From the human T2T-CHM13v2.0 reference genome, Homo sapiens: DNA of 64,000 nt. The position numbers were made by a program, and so were the translations under genes. The notes beneath the pieces are model-generated. The model was not told the DNA's origin. It was given only the letters and a program-made list of their open reading frames with translations, and did not search any database. The stretch lies in assembly GCF_009914755.1 (NCBI RefSeq), contig NC_060929.1; one strand, 5' to 3'. Within the stretch, counting starts at the first letter, position 1, and every line of letters begins with the position of its first letter. This document shows, in pieces, positions 47,520 through 60,321 of the stretch.

Positions 47520-48265
47520 TTTAATAGCTCTTGGGACATAATTTACATATCATAACATTCATGCATTTTAAATGTACAGTTTTATGACTTTTATAACCAT
47601 GTTTATACATGTTTTATAACCATGATCACAATCCAGTTTTTAAAACATATTAATCAACCCCAAAATTCTCATCATGACACTTTGCAGTAAATCCAGGCTC
47701 TCACTCCTGGCCTTACATAACCAGGGCTGTACTTTCTCTGTCATATTTCTAAACATTTCATAGAAATGGAATCTTACTATAAGTCGATTTTTATACCTGG
47801 CTTCTTTTGTTTAAAATAATGCTTTTGAGATTAATTAATGTTGTTGCACATATCATCAGTTTGTTCCTTTCTACCTCTGGGTAGTATTGTGTTATAGACA
47901 TACAGCTCATTTTGTTTATCCTTTCACTAGTTGATGGACTTTTGGATTTTTTTTTAAGTTCAAGGCTATTATAAGCAATGATACTTATGATCAATCCCAA
48001 GCAATGATTTGTATGAACATTTATACTTTATTATTGTTGGGTAGACACTTAGGAGTGCAATCGCTAGACTTTATGGTAATATAGATGTATAACTTTTTAA
48101 AGAAGCTGCCAAGCTGTTTTCCAAAGTAGCTTAAACATTTCCATTTTTACCAGCAGCGTATGAAGTTTCCATGTTTTTCCAAATCCTTGCCATCGCTTGG
48201 TATTATTAGTCTTTTGGCTTATAGTCCTTCTAGTTGGTATGTAATAGTATCTCTTTGTGGTTAAA
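47520..48265 (-). mobile_element. L1M (L1ME/L1MB-like) 3' fragment
   Basis: CATTTCATAGAAATGGAATCTTAC...CTGGCTTCTTTTGTTTAAAATAATGCTTTTGAGATT...TTCACTAGTTGATGGAC. Confidence 0.75.
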
Positions 48266-49249
48266 ATGGAAATTCTGAGAGAAAACCTTACAGAGAAAAA
48301 AGAAAAATTGAAGAGGTATGACTATATTTGACAAAATTTTCAAAAAAGAAAATGGCATGTAAGAAAGAAACAATAAGAAAGGTAGGATTTCAATGACAAA
48401 TGTTGAATAATGATCTCTATCCAGATATATTTTTGGTTGTGTTTATAAACTTCAATGATAAAGGAAAAACCATGCGGACTTCCAGGCAGACAAATATATT
48501 ACCTACAAATAAAGATAATCAGATTAATATAAAAATTATTATTTACCATACTAAGTTCTGGAAGGCAATGTAGTAGCACACAGCATGAAGACAAACAATT
48601 TTGAACTTAGATAAACAGCACAATTGGTATTCACAAATGAAAGCAAAGGAAAATACTAGTTAACTTGCCTGGGGAAAAAATGAGAAAATATTGTAGCTAA
48701 ATGCAACCATGAAAATAAAAAACAGAATACAGAAATCAAGAAATGATAACTTTCATATAAACAAATAATTACAATGTTTAATATTGTTATTCGAATAAGG
48801 TGGTGTGAGAACACAAAGGAAGGAAAATTCAACACTGCCTGAAGATATCAAAAGAGGCCTCTAAAAGGAGGGAGCATGTGAATTAAACCTTGAAGGATAA
48901 GTCCAATCAACAGGTGAACACATATGGAAGAGGGAGCATAGAAAAAAGAATAAGGAAAATGGATGGATAAAACAGTGATTCTTTAGCTCAGGTCTAAAAA
49001 ACTAAAAATAAAATAAAGCTTCACTTGCCTATCTGTAGCACGAATATATTTTTGAATACAATTTACTAAACAGTTCTAACACATTTGTTCATAAAACATA
49101 TATTAAATGTGTATTATTTGTTTTTCCCTGTGTCAGATTCTGGGTGTTGAAACAAAGTAAGTTATCATTCATATTCAACACCTGCTCATAGTGTAGAAGA
49201 AATAAAATGAAGAATTACACAAGATATTATAATATATAAGAAATCAAAT

Positions 49250-49470
49250 TATTCAGGACACAGACTCTGACACTCTGAAATTTGCATCCAGGAGATTTAT
49301 TCAGCAATTCTCTTGAAAAAGAGTCCCAGGTGATAGAAGAGGATTGGGTGGGAGAGAGACATTTAACTGTCATGCAGGCTCAACAAAAGTTTCAGGTGAT
49401 TCCATAGGGATATCTGGAGTTAGGCTTTCCCTTAAGAGATTTCCTCAATTTAGCCAAAGGAGTTAAGCCA
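49250..49470 (-). mobile_element. LTR16-like fragment
   Basis: CAGACTCTGA...ATTTGCATCCAGGAGATTTATT...GGATTGGGTGGGAGAGAGA resembles antisense LTR16C. Confidence 0.5.
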
Positions 49471-51020
49471 TGAAAGTCAGTGTAGAGGAGAAAAAAATAT
49501 CTTCCAATGGGCAAAGCTTCTAGAAGTTCACCTGGTCACACACTGTGTGAAATGAGGAGACTCTAAGATGAGTATATACATTCCTAGGCTATTGCCAATG
49601 GCCTAGTTGTCTGGTTAGGAGCTTAGAAGGAAAAGAAATGGAGAGTGGAGAAAATGAGGTCTGGAATGGAGTCATATAGATAGACATAAGGAAGTGGGTG
49701 CAAAGTGTGAAGATTTTATATGGCACATTAATGTCCATCAGAAACCATCCATGATGAAAGAACCACTGTAAAGTAGTGCAGAGTAAAGTATTATAAAGTG
49801 TTGCAAGGTATATAAAATGGCTCTGCCAGTAAATACTAGCCAGTTTTTACGGATTCGTCACTATCAAACTGGCACAACAGGCACGTGGACTGACCGTCCA
49901 CAGTGTCAGAAATACCGGCTACCCATCAACCCACGCCAAATCTATCAGTAACAGAGACCAAAGCGAGCCTGATACAACACTATTTCTCACTGAGACCAAT
50001 TTGCCACTAGATGGTAAGATAACCAGATCAGGCCTCTTTCTTGAAAGAATAAGAAGTTTCCCCTCACAGAGATAGATACCTATTCAAGGTATAGGTTTGT
50101 CATTCTTGCCCACAGAGCCTTAGCTAGCACCACCTAGAGGCTGACAGAATGCCTGATTCAAAATTATAGGATCTCACACAATACAGCATCTCACTAAGGG
50201 AACTGCCAGAACATACCATCTGACCATTGGTCATGTTACATACCACACTATCCAGAAGCAAGATGGCCTCATTGAACACTGGAACAGTCTTCTGAATGCG
50301 TAGCTAAACTAACATCTAGAAGGCAACACTTTGAAAGAAGAAGGCACCATTCTTCAGGATACAATGTATGTATTCAATCAGAGACTTCTATATGGCACTC
50401 TGTCCTCAATAGAAAGCATACATAGGTCCAGAGACAAAGGGTAAAAGCAGGAGCAGCGCCACATAACATCTTTCCCAGTAATCTGCTGGGGATTTGAGCT
50501 TCTAATCTTTGCAACTCTGCTCTTGTAACCCTAGGCTTTGCGGGTTTGGAGGTGCTGGTCCCCAAGGGAAGCATATTCTTGCCAGGGTGCACAGTATGGA
50601 TTTCAATAATTTATAATATATGGCTCCAAACAAGGAATTTTGGACTCCCCATCTACAGATAGCATCATCGAAGAATGGACATCATCAGTGTGGCAGGAGT
50701 AACTGATTCTGATTGGAAGAAATTGATGGGGCTTCTTTTACACAATGAGGTAAATGAGGACATGTAGAACCAAAGTGATCTGTTTAGGTACCTTCTGATT
50801 ATAACTTGCTCTATCTTAACTGTGAATGAACACATGCAACATCTGAGTCTGAAAAGGATACAAACCAAGGTCTCAGTCCACTCAGGTAGAAAGTTTTGGT
50901 TATAATACCAGCTAAGCTAACTGAGGTGATAACTAAGGGTGAATACAATATGAAATAATGGAAAAGAGAAATGGTGAATACCAGCTGTAATCTTGAGACC
51001 ACCTGCAACATGAAAGGATA
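49470..51020 (+). mobile_element. ERV-L class internal pol remnant (HERV16-like): RNase H, integrase and dUTPase-like regions
   Basis: Degenerate motifs SSQWAKL..VHLV and AIANGL..W (RNase H), IDTYSRYRF and HYPEA..LIEHWNSLL (integrase), GLEVLVPKG (downstream dUTPase-like); multiple stops. Confidence 0.75.
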
Positions 51021-51122
51021 TAGTTCCTCCCACTATCTCCTTTCCAAATTTCCCCTCAGGAAGAGAGACCATAGGAATCATGGAGAAGCTGTTCCCTAAA
51101 TGCAGGACGAAATAGATCTGCA

Positions 51123-51525
51123 CTGTCACGTGGAGTCTGATGGCCATAAAAATTCACCACTCCTTCTTTAGAAAGCATAATTGACTAACAGCCCAACTTC
51201 TGCTCTGCTGGATCCTCCCTCACACTGTGCTGAGGCCATGCTTACTTCAGGCTGCTGGTAGCCAGCACCGCGGCACAATGAGGACACTAATGGAAGTAAG
51301 GCTGGAATCCCTTGACAGGTGACCATGGCTTGAGGACTCCCCATAAACCCAGCCAAAACTTTCTCAGACTCTAGAATCTTTCCAATCTTTTTTCCTCCAC
51401 CTCTAACTCAAAAGAGTGAAACCAACATCATGGTCTGAAGGCCCTCCCCACTTTCTCTGTCTTCCTCTCCTTTGTCCTTCACAAACATTTCCTGATATAT
51501 ATGTCTTGCATATCTAATTTCATAT
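51123..51525 (+). mobile_element. ERVL 3' LTR (LTR40/LTR16 group)
   Basis: Follows the pol remnant; CATCATGGTCTGAAGGCCCTCCCC...TCCTTCACAAACATTTCC...TCTTGCATATCTAAT. Confidence 0.55.
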
Positions 51526-51964
51526 GGAGGATGCAAATCAGGACAGAAGGGATCATGTCTTATTCATTCTTTTACTTTCAGCACTTTAGAGAGTGCCAGG
51601 TATATATAGAGCTTAAATCTATCCCATTTTATACTCAGAACTCAAGAGAAGTTCTGACATGCAGTAGTTATTCAGTACATATTTGTTGAATAAATGGATG
51701 CAATCAAGAAATGTTTGTTGAATTAATTACAGTGATATCTAAACTAATGACTTCATATAATCTAATAAAATACAAATTTCAGTTATAGCAATTTATTGGC
51801 ATCAAGCGTATCTCAAAGGATATGAATTTTAAATGCTTTGAAAATACCTTCAAAATTTTATGTGGGAAATGTGCATATGTTAATAACTTGGTAAAAGTAA
51901 AGGTAATTTAGATTAACAATGCATTAGAGTTTTAAGACAGGTTACAAATAACCTTATCTGTTAA

Positions 51965-52286
<322 letters not shown>

Positions 52287-52543
52287 CTGTTAATGTTCTT
52301 AAAGAGTGATGAAGTACCTTGTCCTTAGAAATGAGAGTTTGTGATTTCCTCAAACATTTTCATATTCTTCTGGATAAAAATTAATGTTATTGGAATGTTA
52401 AAATTATCATGGTCGCAAAATTTCTATTGATATTAAATACTATCATTAAAGTGGACAAGAAAGTATAGGACTAATAAATTTAACCTAAAAGGGATGATAT
52501 GGCACTAGCAACATAAAATGAACAATAATTTAATATTATTAAT

Positions 52544-52894
52544 GTATAAGTCAGGGTGGACTGCCATAACAAAATACCACAGACTGGGTGACTTAAACAA
52601 TAGAAAATTATTTTCTCATAGACCTGTAGTCTGGGAAGTCCAAGATCAAGTTGCTGGCTGATTCTGCTCCTGATGAGGGCTCTCTTCCTAGCTTACAGAT
52701 GGCCATCCTCATGGTGGAGAGCAGTAAGGAGCTCTCTGGTATATACTTTTGTAAGGACACTGATTCTGTCAAATTAGGACTCCATCCTTATAAGCCCATT
52801 TAACTTTAATCACTTCCTTAAATAAAATATATCCACAATGAGGGTTAGGACATTAACATATGAATTTTGAGGGGACACAGTTCAGTTCGTAGCG
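52544..52894 (-). mobile_element. MLT1A-like MaLR solo LTR
   Basis: CTGCCATAACAAAATACCACAGACTGGGTGACTTAAACAA...AACATATGAATTTTGAGGGGACACA. Confidence 0.88.
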
Positions 52895-53391
52895 CCTAAT
52901 AAACACTCAAAGTTGAATCTAGCTTTTTCTTGGACCTACAGTTACAGAATCAGTGTTCATTTAAGTCTGACAAGGAGGAAAAATATAAATCGTTTTGTGA
53001 GCATTTGAAAGGAATAAATGTTGCAAGAACAAGGTTGGAAAATACGTGTAGGAACACTGCATCATTTCCACCTTTGCAAGTAATCCATTTTTGGCTTTCT
53101 GATATCTCTATATTCCCTCTCTCCCTCTCCCTCTTGTCACTCTACCACTTTTTCCACTCTCAGTCTTTTTTTCCCTTCTTCCCAAACATCTGAGTATGAA
53201 AGTTATATAATGAAGGACATGTACACACTAATTATAAAATTACAATTCTTGATGGTGTTTCCAGTTTATCAAAAGAAACAGAGTAACAAAGCATTTTACA
53301 CAAATAATACCCATTTTTCCCCTCGCAAAGATAAAATTTGATGTAAGAGAATACTGCAGTCCCCATACTGTCTTTATTTTGCTTTGTCTAG

Positions 53392-53446
53392 CTTGGGGCT
53401 TCTGAGACTACGGCAACCAAAGCACAAAACAATCATGTCGGGAAAG
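53392..53446 (+). other. Candidate 55-nt exon (unverified)
   Basis: Polypyrimidine acceptor CTGTCTTTATTTTGCTTTGTCTAG and donor AAG/GTTAGT in non-repeat sequence. Confidence 0.25.
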
Positions 53447-53450
53447 GTTA

Positions 53451-54072
53451 GTATATTTGGTTTCTGTTGTTCCCTGTCATATTATGGCAAGCTTGGTGGT
53501 CTTAAACAACTTCTATTTATTAGTTCCAAGTTGTGTATGTCAGGGTCAGGCAGTGTGGCTGGGTTCTCCGCTCAAGGTCTTACAAGCTAAAAGCAGCGTC
53601 CACCAGGCTGCACTCCTAGCTGGAGGTTCTAAAAGGGATCTACTTTCATGCTCATTCAGGTTGTTGTCAGAATTTGTTATTGCAGTTGTAGAACTGAGGC
53701 CCTTTCTGTTTTTCTAGCTGTGGACCTGGGATAGCTCTCAGCTTACAGACATTGTTCTCAGGTCCCCCCACCCAGGCAGCCCCTTCCACTTCAGCAACGG
53801 ACGACATCCTTTGTATCAAAACCGTCTTATACAGAAAATCTCTCTGACCTCTATGCCTCACCACTGAGAGAAAAACTGTCTGCTTGTAAAGGGTTCACGT
53901 GATTAGGTCAAGCATAACAAAATAACCTCGATATCTTGAGGTTAGCTGGGCCATAGAATGTAACCTAATCACAGGAGTAAAACTCATCACATTTACAGCT
54001 CAGTGGATCAAACAGGGAAGTGTACACCACAGTTGGGAATCCTGGAGACCATCTTAGAATTCTTCCTATCAT
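53451..54072 (-). mobile_element. MLT1 (MLT1E/F-like) MaLR LTR
   Basis: GGTGGTCTTAAACAAC...GCTCATTCAGGTTGTTGTCAGAATT...GACCATCTTAGAATTCTTCCTATCATA. Confidence 0.75.
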
Positions 54073-56529
54073 AGCCAGTTAGAAGGAAAATTAGTTTTTA
54101 AAAAAATTATCAACAAATAAAATCTAAAACCCCATCTTGTTTTCAAAAATGTCTTTAAAAACAAGTCACTTTAAAAAGTTTGTGTGTGTGCATTTATAAA
54201 CAGAAATAATCTGTCACTTTTTGTGATGATTCTTCATCAGTTTTTTACTTACTAGGCTGGTATGTACACACAATTTAAAAAAAGCAATTGAGAGGAATTT
54301 AAGTTAAGTTTAAGGCCCAACTCCATAACTCCTAAATTTATTCTTTCATTTTGGACCATTTTCCTCCTTGTTCAACTTTTGAGTTTCTGCCACAAAAACA
54401 AAGCTCTATATTATTGACATAAATGCTCATAATTTTTTTTTAGGAAACAGAGATTTTCCTGCTGGAATATGCATAGTTCAGTCTAGTTCAGCATTTTTAT
54501 CAAGAAAATATATATAATTATCAATTCTAAAATGACACAAATTGTCCAAATCATCCCTATACATTACCATTAATAGCTACAAAGATACTATTTGTATCAG
54601 CCTGTCGTTTTTCTTATGAACATTATGTAAGACACTTTACCAGACTCACTTTTTGCCTTCAAACTATTACTCTCACACTTCCCACTCCCAACTCTGAGTC
54701 ATATTCATTTTTATACTAATCTTTTTAACTGTGAAGTAATTTATTTCAACTGACATTCAGGTACTTTATGTGAAGTCATGTATATAGTTTTAAATTAAAG
54801 AAAAGAAAATCAACTGAAGATAGTACTCTCATTCTAGACTTTGAAACTTTACATAACTGGCTACACTGGATTTTTATTTAATTTGTATTCTCAGCTGTAA
54901 TAATTCTCTGCTCTGGAAATTTATGCCAGCTATACTCTGAAATAACACTGGAGATTCATGCTTTTGAAGGCTATATTGGAAATGAAATTCTCAACTGGGA
55001 GGAGAATCCTAATTCTTGCAGTAGTGAGCGGGAGCTTTTACCTCTCTCTCCCTGAGTAAAGCAACTAGAATCAATACTGCCTAGCTGGAATCCCAAGGTG
55101 TCTCCCTAGAGTTGGATTCAGAATATGTCCACTACTGCCTCGCATCCAAAGTCACCAACACTGGTCAACTGTGGCCATACTATACAATAGCAAAATTCTC
55201 AAATTTGGAGATGTTCTTTGTGGACTACATGAAATGATTTCTGAATATCTGATCCTGTTAATTAATACTTTACAAAACTCTTGAAATGAAAAAAAAAAAA
55301 TAAACAAATGCTTTCTTTATGAAGACAGATTAAATTATCAAAATTGTTTGTTTGGAAGCAAATGAGATTAGACTACAGATGCTCCTTAGCTGGGTGTAAG
55401 CAGAGTAAGGTGAAAAAGATTGGTGTTTTCATCTTGATGGCAGCTGCAGAGCACTGTGAGGCATGTTTCTATTTACATAAAGATTATTCTAGAAGTTTGC
55501 CACTGGAAACACAAGAGTGAGAAATCCAAGAAACTCATGAGTCTTTTAAGTGTCAGCTAACAGGGCAAATGGAAGACAAAGTTTCTAGACCTTCTGAAAC
55601 TTGATAAAAACTTACTTAGAGTAATATTTTTTGTGAAGGAAAACACAGTGTGCAGCAGACAATCCAAGCTTTTGAAATTGAGAAATGAAGGAATATTATG
55701 CTAAGTGTTGTTCTACAGGAGAAGATAAATCTTTAAGTTTATGTCAAATAAGGGTGATGTTTGAGCTGCAAAGTGTGCAGTAATGCTGATGCTTTGAAAA
55801 TGCTACTGTTTAATTAAAAATTGAGTAATAGATATGGATTGGTGGTTTGGTTAACGGAACAAGCAGCATATTACTTTTACTACTTTTCATTGTGTAAACT
55901 CAATAACCTTTTTAAGTATTTAGTTTTCATATTGATAAAATACCAGTACATAATTCTTGAAAAAATTTCTCATCAGCAGCAGCATCATCATTGTATGAAG
56001 CATCTATGAATGCTTCTCTTGATGTACAATGCCAGGCACTATACAACTCCTATTCTGAAAGTCACAGATATGCAGTCCAAGTACTCCCAAGTGTAATAGA
56101 AAGTTATGTTGACAGGGATTGATATTTGAAAAAGGAAACTATTCAGCTAAGAAAAAAAGTAAACAAATATTTATATGTTAAGGAATAGATGCATTTGATG
56201 TCGTAGAGCATAAAGAGAAAATCCAAAGCAGAGCCTGGAATAGAAAGCCAGCAAGTCAGTGGTGAACTTACTGAACACAGATAATTCCTGCTCTCCTGGA
56301 GCTTGAGTTCTAATGGTTTGTGAAAGTGAACTACTCAGACTCGCTCTGAGGAGAGCCACACAGATGAAGTGGAAACTTTCTGATAGATGGGCCTGGTAAA
56401 GTTGCGTTTTACCTATAGGGATTTATTCAAAAATGCAACCTAATAAAAGAGAGGCAGGAAGAGAAACTGAGTGAACAATGAGGGTATGTAAGATATATGC
56501 GTGTGAGAAGTTATGTAAAATGTAGTTTA

Positions 56530-56745
56530 ACATAGATATAGAGAGTGGAATGATAGGCAATGGAAACTCAGAGGGGGAAAGAACAGGAGGGGGTAGATGA
56601 TGAGAAATTATTTAATGTGTACAATATATTATACATGATTCAGATGATACATCCCCTAAAGCCTTGACTTGACCACTATGCAATCTATACATGTAACAAA
56701 ATTGTACTTTTACCCTATGGGTTTAGAGATTTTTTTAAAATTAAG
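56530..56745 (+). mobile_element. L1PB/L1MA 3'-end fragment
   Basis: GAGTGGAATGATAGGCAATGGAAACTCAGA...GACTTGACCACTATGCAATCTATACATGTAACAAAA. Confidence 0.8.
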
Positions 56746-57801
56746 AAATAAAGTATAATGTCATGAAGAAAATGCATAATAGATAAAGCAGGATTTCAAA
56801 AAATATCACAAAACAGGACATGACCAAAGATGCCTGACTCTCCACAGAGCCCCTTTCTACCAATCTCTGCTGAGACTCTCTTCAAGAGACCATTCATTGG
56901 ATCTTATTGAATCTGCTTCCATTTGCATGCCACTCACATACTATGTCAATATTTGGATAAATTTTTGTTTATTTAGCCCTCATCTCTGTCTTGTTTGTTT
57001 GTGGAAACTCACAGAACCTGTCTTAGTGAAGTATATATAAGATTTCAATGTATGTGTTTTGGATTGAATAATTTGATTGTATATTTATATTCAAAATAGC
57101 AAAACGAATATTTTATTTCTCTTAGATTTTGTCACAATGTATTCCACTTTCTCAGATTATATACATTAATTTCCTATCTTTGGGTCTTTCAAAATATTTT
57201 ATGAAGAAAAGAGTAGGGAGAATCTATTAAATAAAACAAATATAGAATAATAATGTATCTTATAAAGTTTCAAGGATTTTTCTATCAAAGAGATATCACA
57301 TCATCCAGCACTTCTAGTTAATGACTCCAAAGAGACATCATACATTTAGTTTACATAAACTTCATTCTGTGACTTTATTTGTGTGTGCCTTCTTGGAGAA
57401 GTGAGCTCACGAATAAACTTCCTTGGTATTGATTGCCATGGATGATTTCACAGGTTAAGAAAGGGGCAGGGGAAACAAAAGTGTACTTGGCTGAAGGGCT
57501 TTTGTGAAAAATAAGGCTGCCTCTTGAGTGGTCAAGAAATATCACAAGAAGAGAAAAATGGTAATCAGAAATTTATGTAGGCTGGTTGCAAGTCACACTG
57601 ACCTAAGGAGAGTCCTGAGATGAAGTAAATTATTTTCCTCTATGTCTTGGACAGCTTATCCTTATGTCACTGTGACCCAACCAGTTTCCCTGGATACAGC
57701 CAGTGTCCATGTGTAGGGGGCTGAAAGAACAAGTGAATCTACATTTATGCTCTTCATCACACAAAAAAAATGCAACCTAAATTTTAAAAGCAAGTGCATG
57801 T

Positions 57802-58862
57802 TCATTTCTAAAACACCAAAAACAATGGCAACAAAAGCCAAAATTGACAAATGGGATCTCATTAAACTAAAGAGCTTCTGCACAGCAAAGGAAACCACCA
57901 TCAGAGTGAACAGACAACCTACAGAATGGGAGAAAAGTTTTGCAATCTACTCATCTGACAAAGGGCAAATATCCAGAATCTACAATGAACTCAAACAAAT
58001 TTACAAGAAAAAAACAAACAACCCCATCAAAAGGTGGGCGAAGGATAAGAACAGACACTTCTCAAAAGAAGACATTTATGCAGCCAACAGACACATGAAA
58101 AAATGCTCATCATCACTGGCCATCAGAGAAACGCAAATCAAAACCACAATGAGATACCATCTCACACCAGTTAGAATGGCGATCATTAAAAAGTCAGGAA
58201 ACAACTGGTGTTGGAGAAGATGTGGAGAAATAGGAACAGTTTTACACTGTTGGTGGGACTGTAAACTAGTTCAACCTTTGTGGAAGTCAGTGTGGCGATT
58301 CCTCAGGGGTCTAGAACTGGAATTACCATTTAACCCAGCCATCCCATTACTGAGTATATACCCAAAGGACTATAAATCATGCCACTATAAAGACACATGC
58401 ACACATATGTTTATTGCTGCATGATTCACAATAGCAAAGACTAGGAACCAACCCAAATGTCCAACAATAATAGACTGGATTAAGAAAATGTGGCACATAT
58501 ACACCATGGAATACTATGCAGCCATACAAAATGATGAGTTCATGTCCTTTGTACGGACATGGATGAAGCTGGAAACCATCATTCTCAGCAAACTATCGCA
58601 AGGAAAAAAAACCAAACACCGAATGTTCTCACTCATAGGTGGGAATTGAAGAATGAGAACACATGGACACAGGAAGGGGAACATCACACACCTGGGCCTG
58701 TTGTGGGGTGGGGGCAGGGGAGAGGGATAGCATTTGCAGATATACCTAATGTTAAATGACGAGTTACTGGGTGCAGCACACCAACATGACACATGTATAC
58801 ATATGTAACTAACTTGCACTTTGTGCACATGTACCTTAAAACTTAAAGTATAATTAAAAAAA
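57802..58862 (+). mobile_element. 5'-truncated L1PA (approx. L1PA3-5), ~1.06 kb
   Basis: ORF2 C-terminal frame [24 protein letters not shown]...[18 protein letters not shown], 3' UTR, short A tail. Confidence 0.93.
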
Positions 58863-58876
58863 TGCGTTGTAACACT

Positions 58877-58916
58877 TATGGCAAAAAAACACAATTACCT
58901 TTGCACCAGCCTAATA
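58877..58916. mobile_element. Half MADE1 (Hsmar1-derived MITE, one terminal inverted repeat)
   Basis: ATGGCAAAAAAACACAATTACCTTTGCACCAGCCTAATA resembles the MADE1 right arm plus TA. Confidence 0.75.
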
Positions 58917-59049
58917 GTTAACTGTCAGATCTAATGAATAATACCATTTCTACCAAGTAGTTAGAATGTTTCATTTTTATCACTTTGTCCTCAATTCTTA
59001 ACTCTTCCTCCTTCCCTGAATAGAAATCTGTTTTCTTCCTCTCAAATCC

Positions 59050-59720
59050 TACTGATATTCATTGCCTTAGTCCTCATCATCCTTATAATGGTTTTTTTTC
59101 ATTGGTTCCTCTTACTCCAGTCTCTCCCCATCCTGTGCACCAAAGTTACCAATCTCTTCCCTATCTCTTCCACCAGGGTTGCTTTCTATTACACACATCT
59201 GATTGGATCTCCTCATAGATAATGTCTTCTAATGACTCCATCTTGCCAATTGGATAAAGTTAACTTTGCTTGGCATAATATACAAAGCCCTTCTACATAC
59301 AAGCTTATATTTCCTCTCCAACCTCATCTTTATCCACCTTTCCTCTATCACAATTCCAAACTGGACTTTTATATACATGTCATGACGCGTGTTGTTCTAA
59401 ACACACTTGCACTTTTTTTTTTTTGACTGGTATTGTGGGCTATTTATTGTTGCCTAGAATTGCTTCCACCACCTTGTCCTCTCATTCTTCCCCTTGGAAT
59501 CCCTCCATGACTGCCCCACACAGAATTAGTTGCACATTCTTTTTCTGCAACCCTTAGTATTTTGTACATAACAATATTGGTTTATAGTAATTTACCTGCT
59601 TTACAATTATCTGTTTACTTGCCTTTCATCTCTACTAGATAATGTTTTCCATAATAACAGGGCTATCTTAGTCATCTTTGAGTTCTTGGTCCCCAAAATA
59701 ATAGATGATCAAATGTCAAT
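59050..59720 (+). mobile_element. L2 3' region fragments
   Basis: Pyrimidine-rich L2-type text (ATTGGTTCCCTTTACTCCAGTCTCTCCCC; TTGCTTGGCATAATATACAAAGCCCTTC; TCTACTAGATAATG). Confidence 0.55.
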
Positions 59721-60034
59721 GAATTGAAATTTGATTTTTAGTTTGAAATGTAACTATTCTATTTCTCAAATACATTATTTGTATCAAAGTTTTCCTTAAT
59801 TTTTTTTACAAAAGAATTCTCTATTATTTAAATCTGGCCTCCAGAGTCACACTAACAGTCTAATGGAAAATTTAAAAACACCTTCGTAATCCCTTTTGTG
59901 ACAATCTCAGGAAAGCAGGTCTTGACAAATAATGAGTTCCACAACTCAGGAAGGAAAGTTTGGTCTCAGCGATAATAGTATGAAATACTTTAAAAATTCT
60001 AAATTTCAAGTGGAGGGAAGGGCCTGCCTCTGGA

Positions 60035-60178
60035 TGTTCAAAAGTTTTTGTGTGGATCCACAACACTGGTGTCATCTCAAAGTTTGCAAGAAACACAAAG
60101 GCCCCACCTCAGACTTTCCAAATCAGTTTTACTCCCCAAGTAATTCAGATGCATGTTAAAGCTTGAGAAACACTGCTC
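60035..60178. mobile_element. MER5-like hAT MITE
   Basis: GGCCCCACCTCAGACTTTCCAAATCAG...CTCCCCAAGTAATTCAGATGCATGTTAAAGCTTGAGAAACACTG. Confidence 0.7.
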
Positions 60179-60321
60179 TGGGAGAGATCAGTATGAGTGT
60201 ATGTGTGTATGTATAAATATTAATATCCTAAAGTAATACTAATGTATGTATAACATTTATTAATACACACACTCTATGTGTGTGTATGTGTGTATGTATA
60301 AACATTTATTAATATCCTAAA

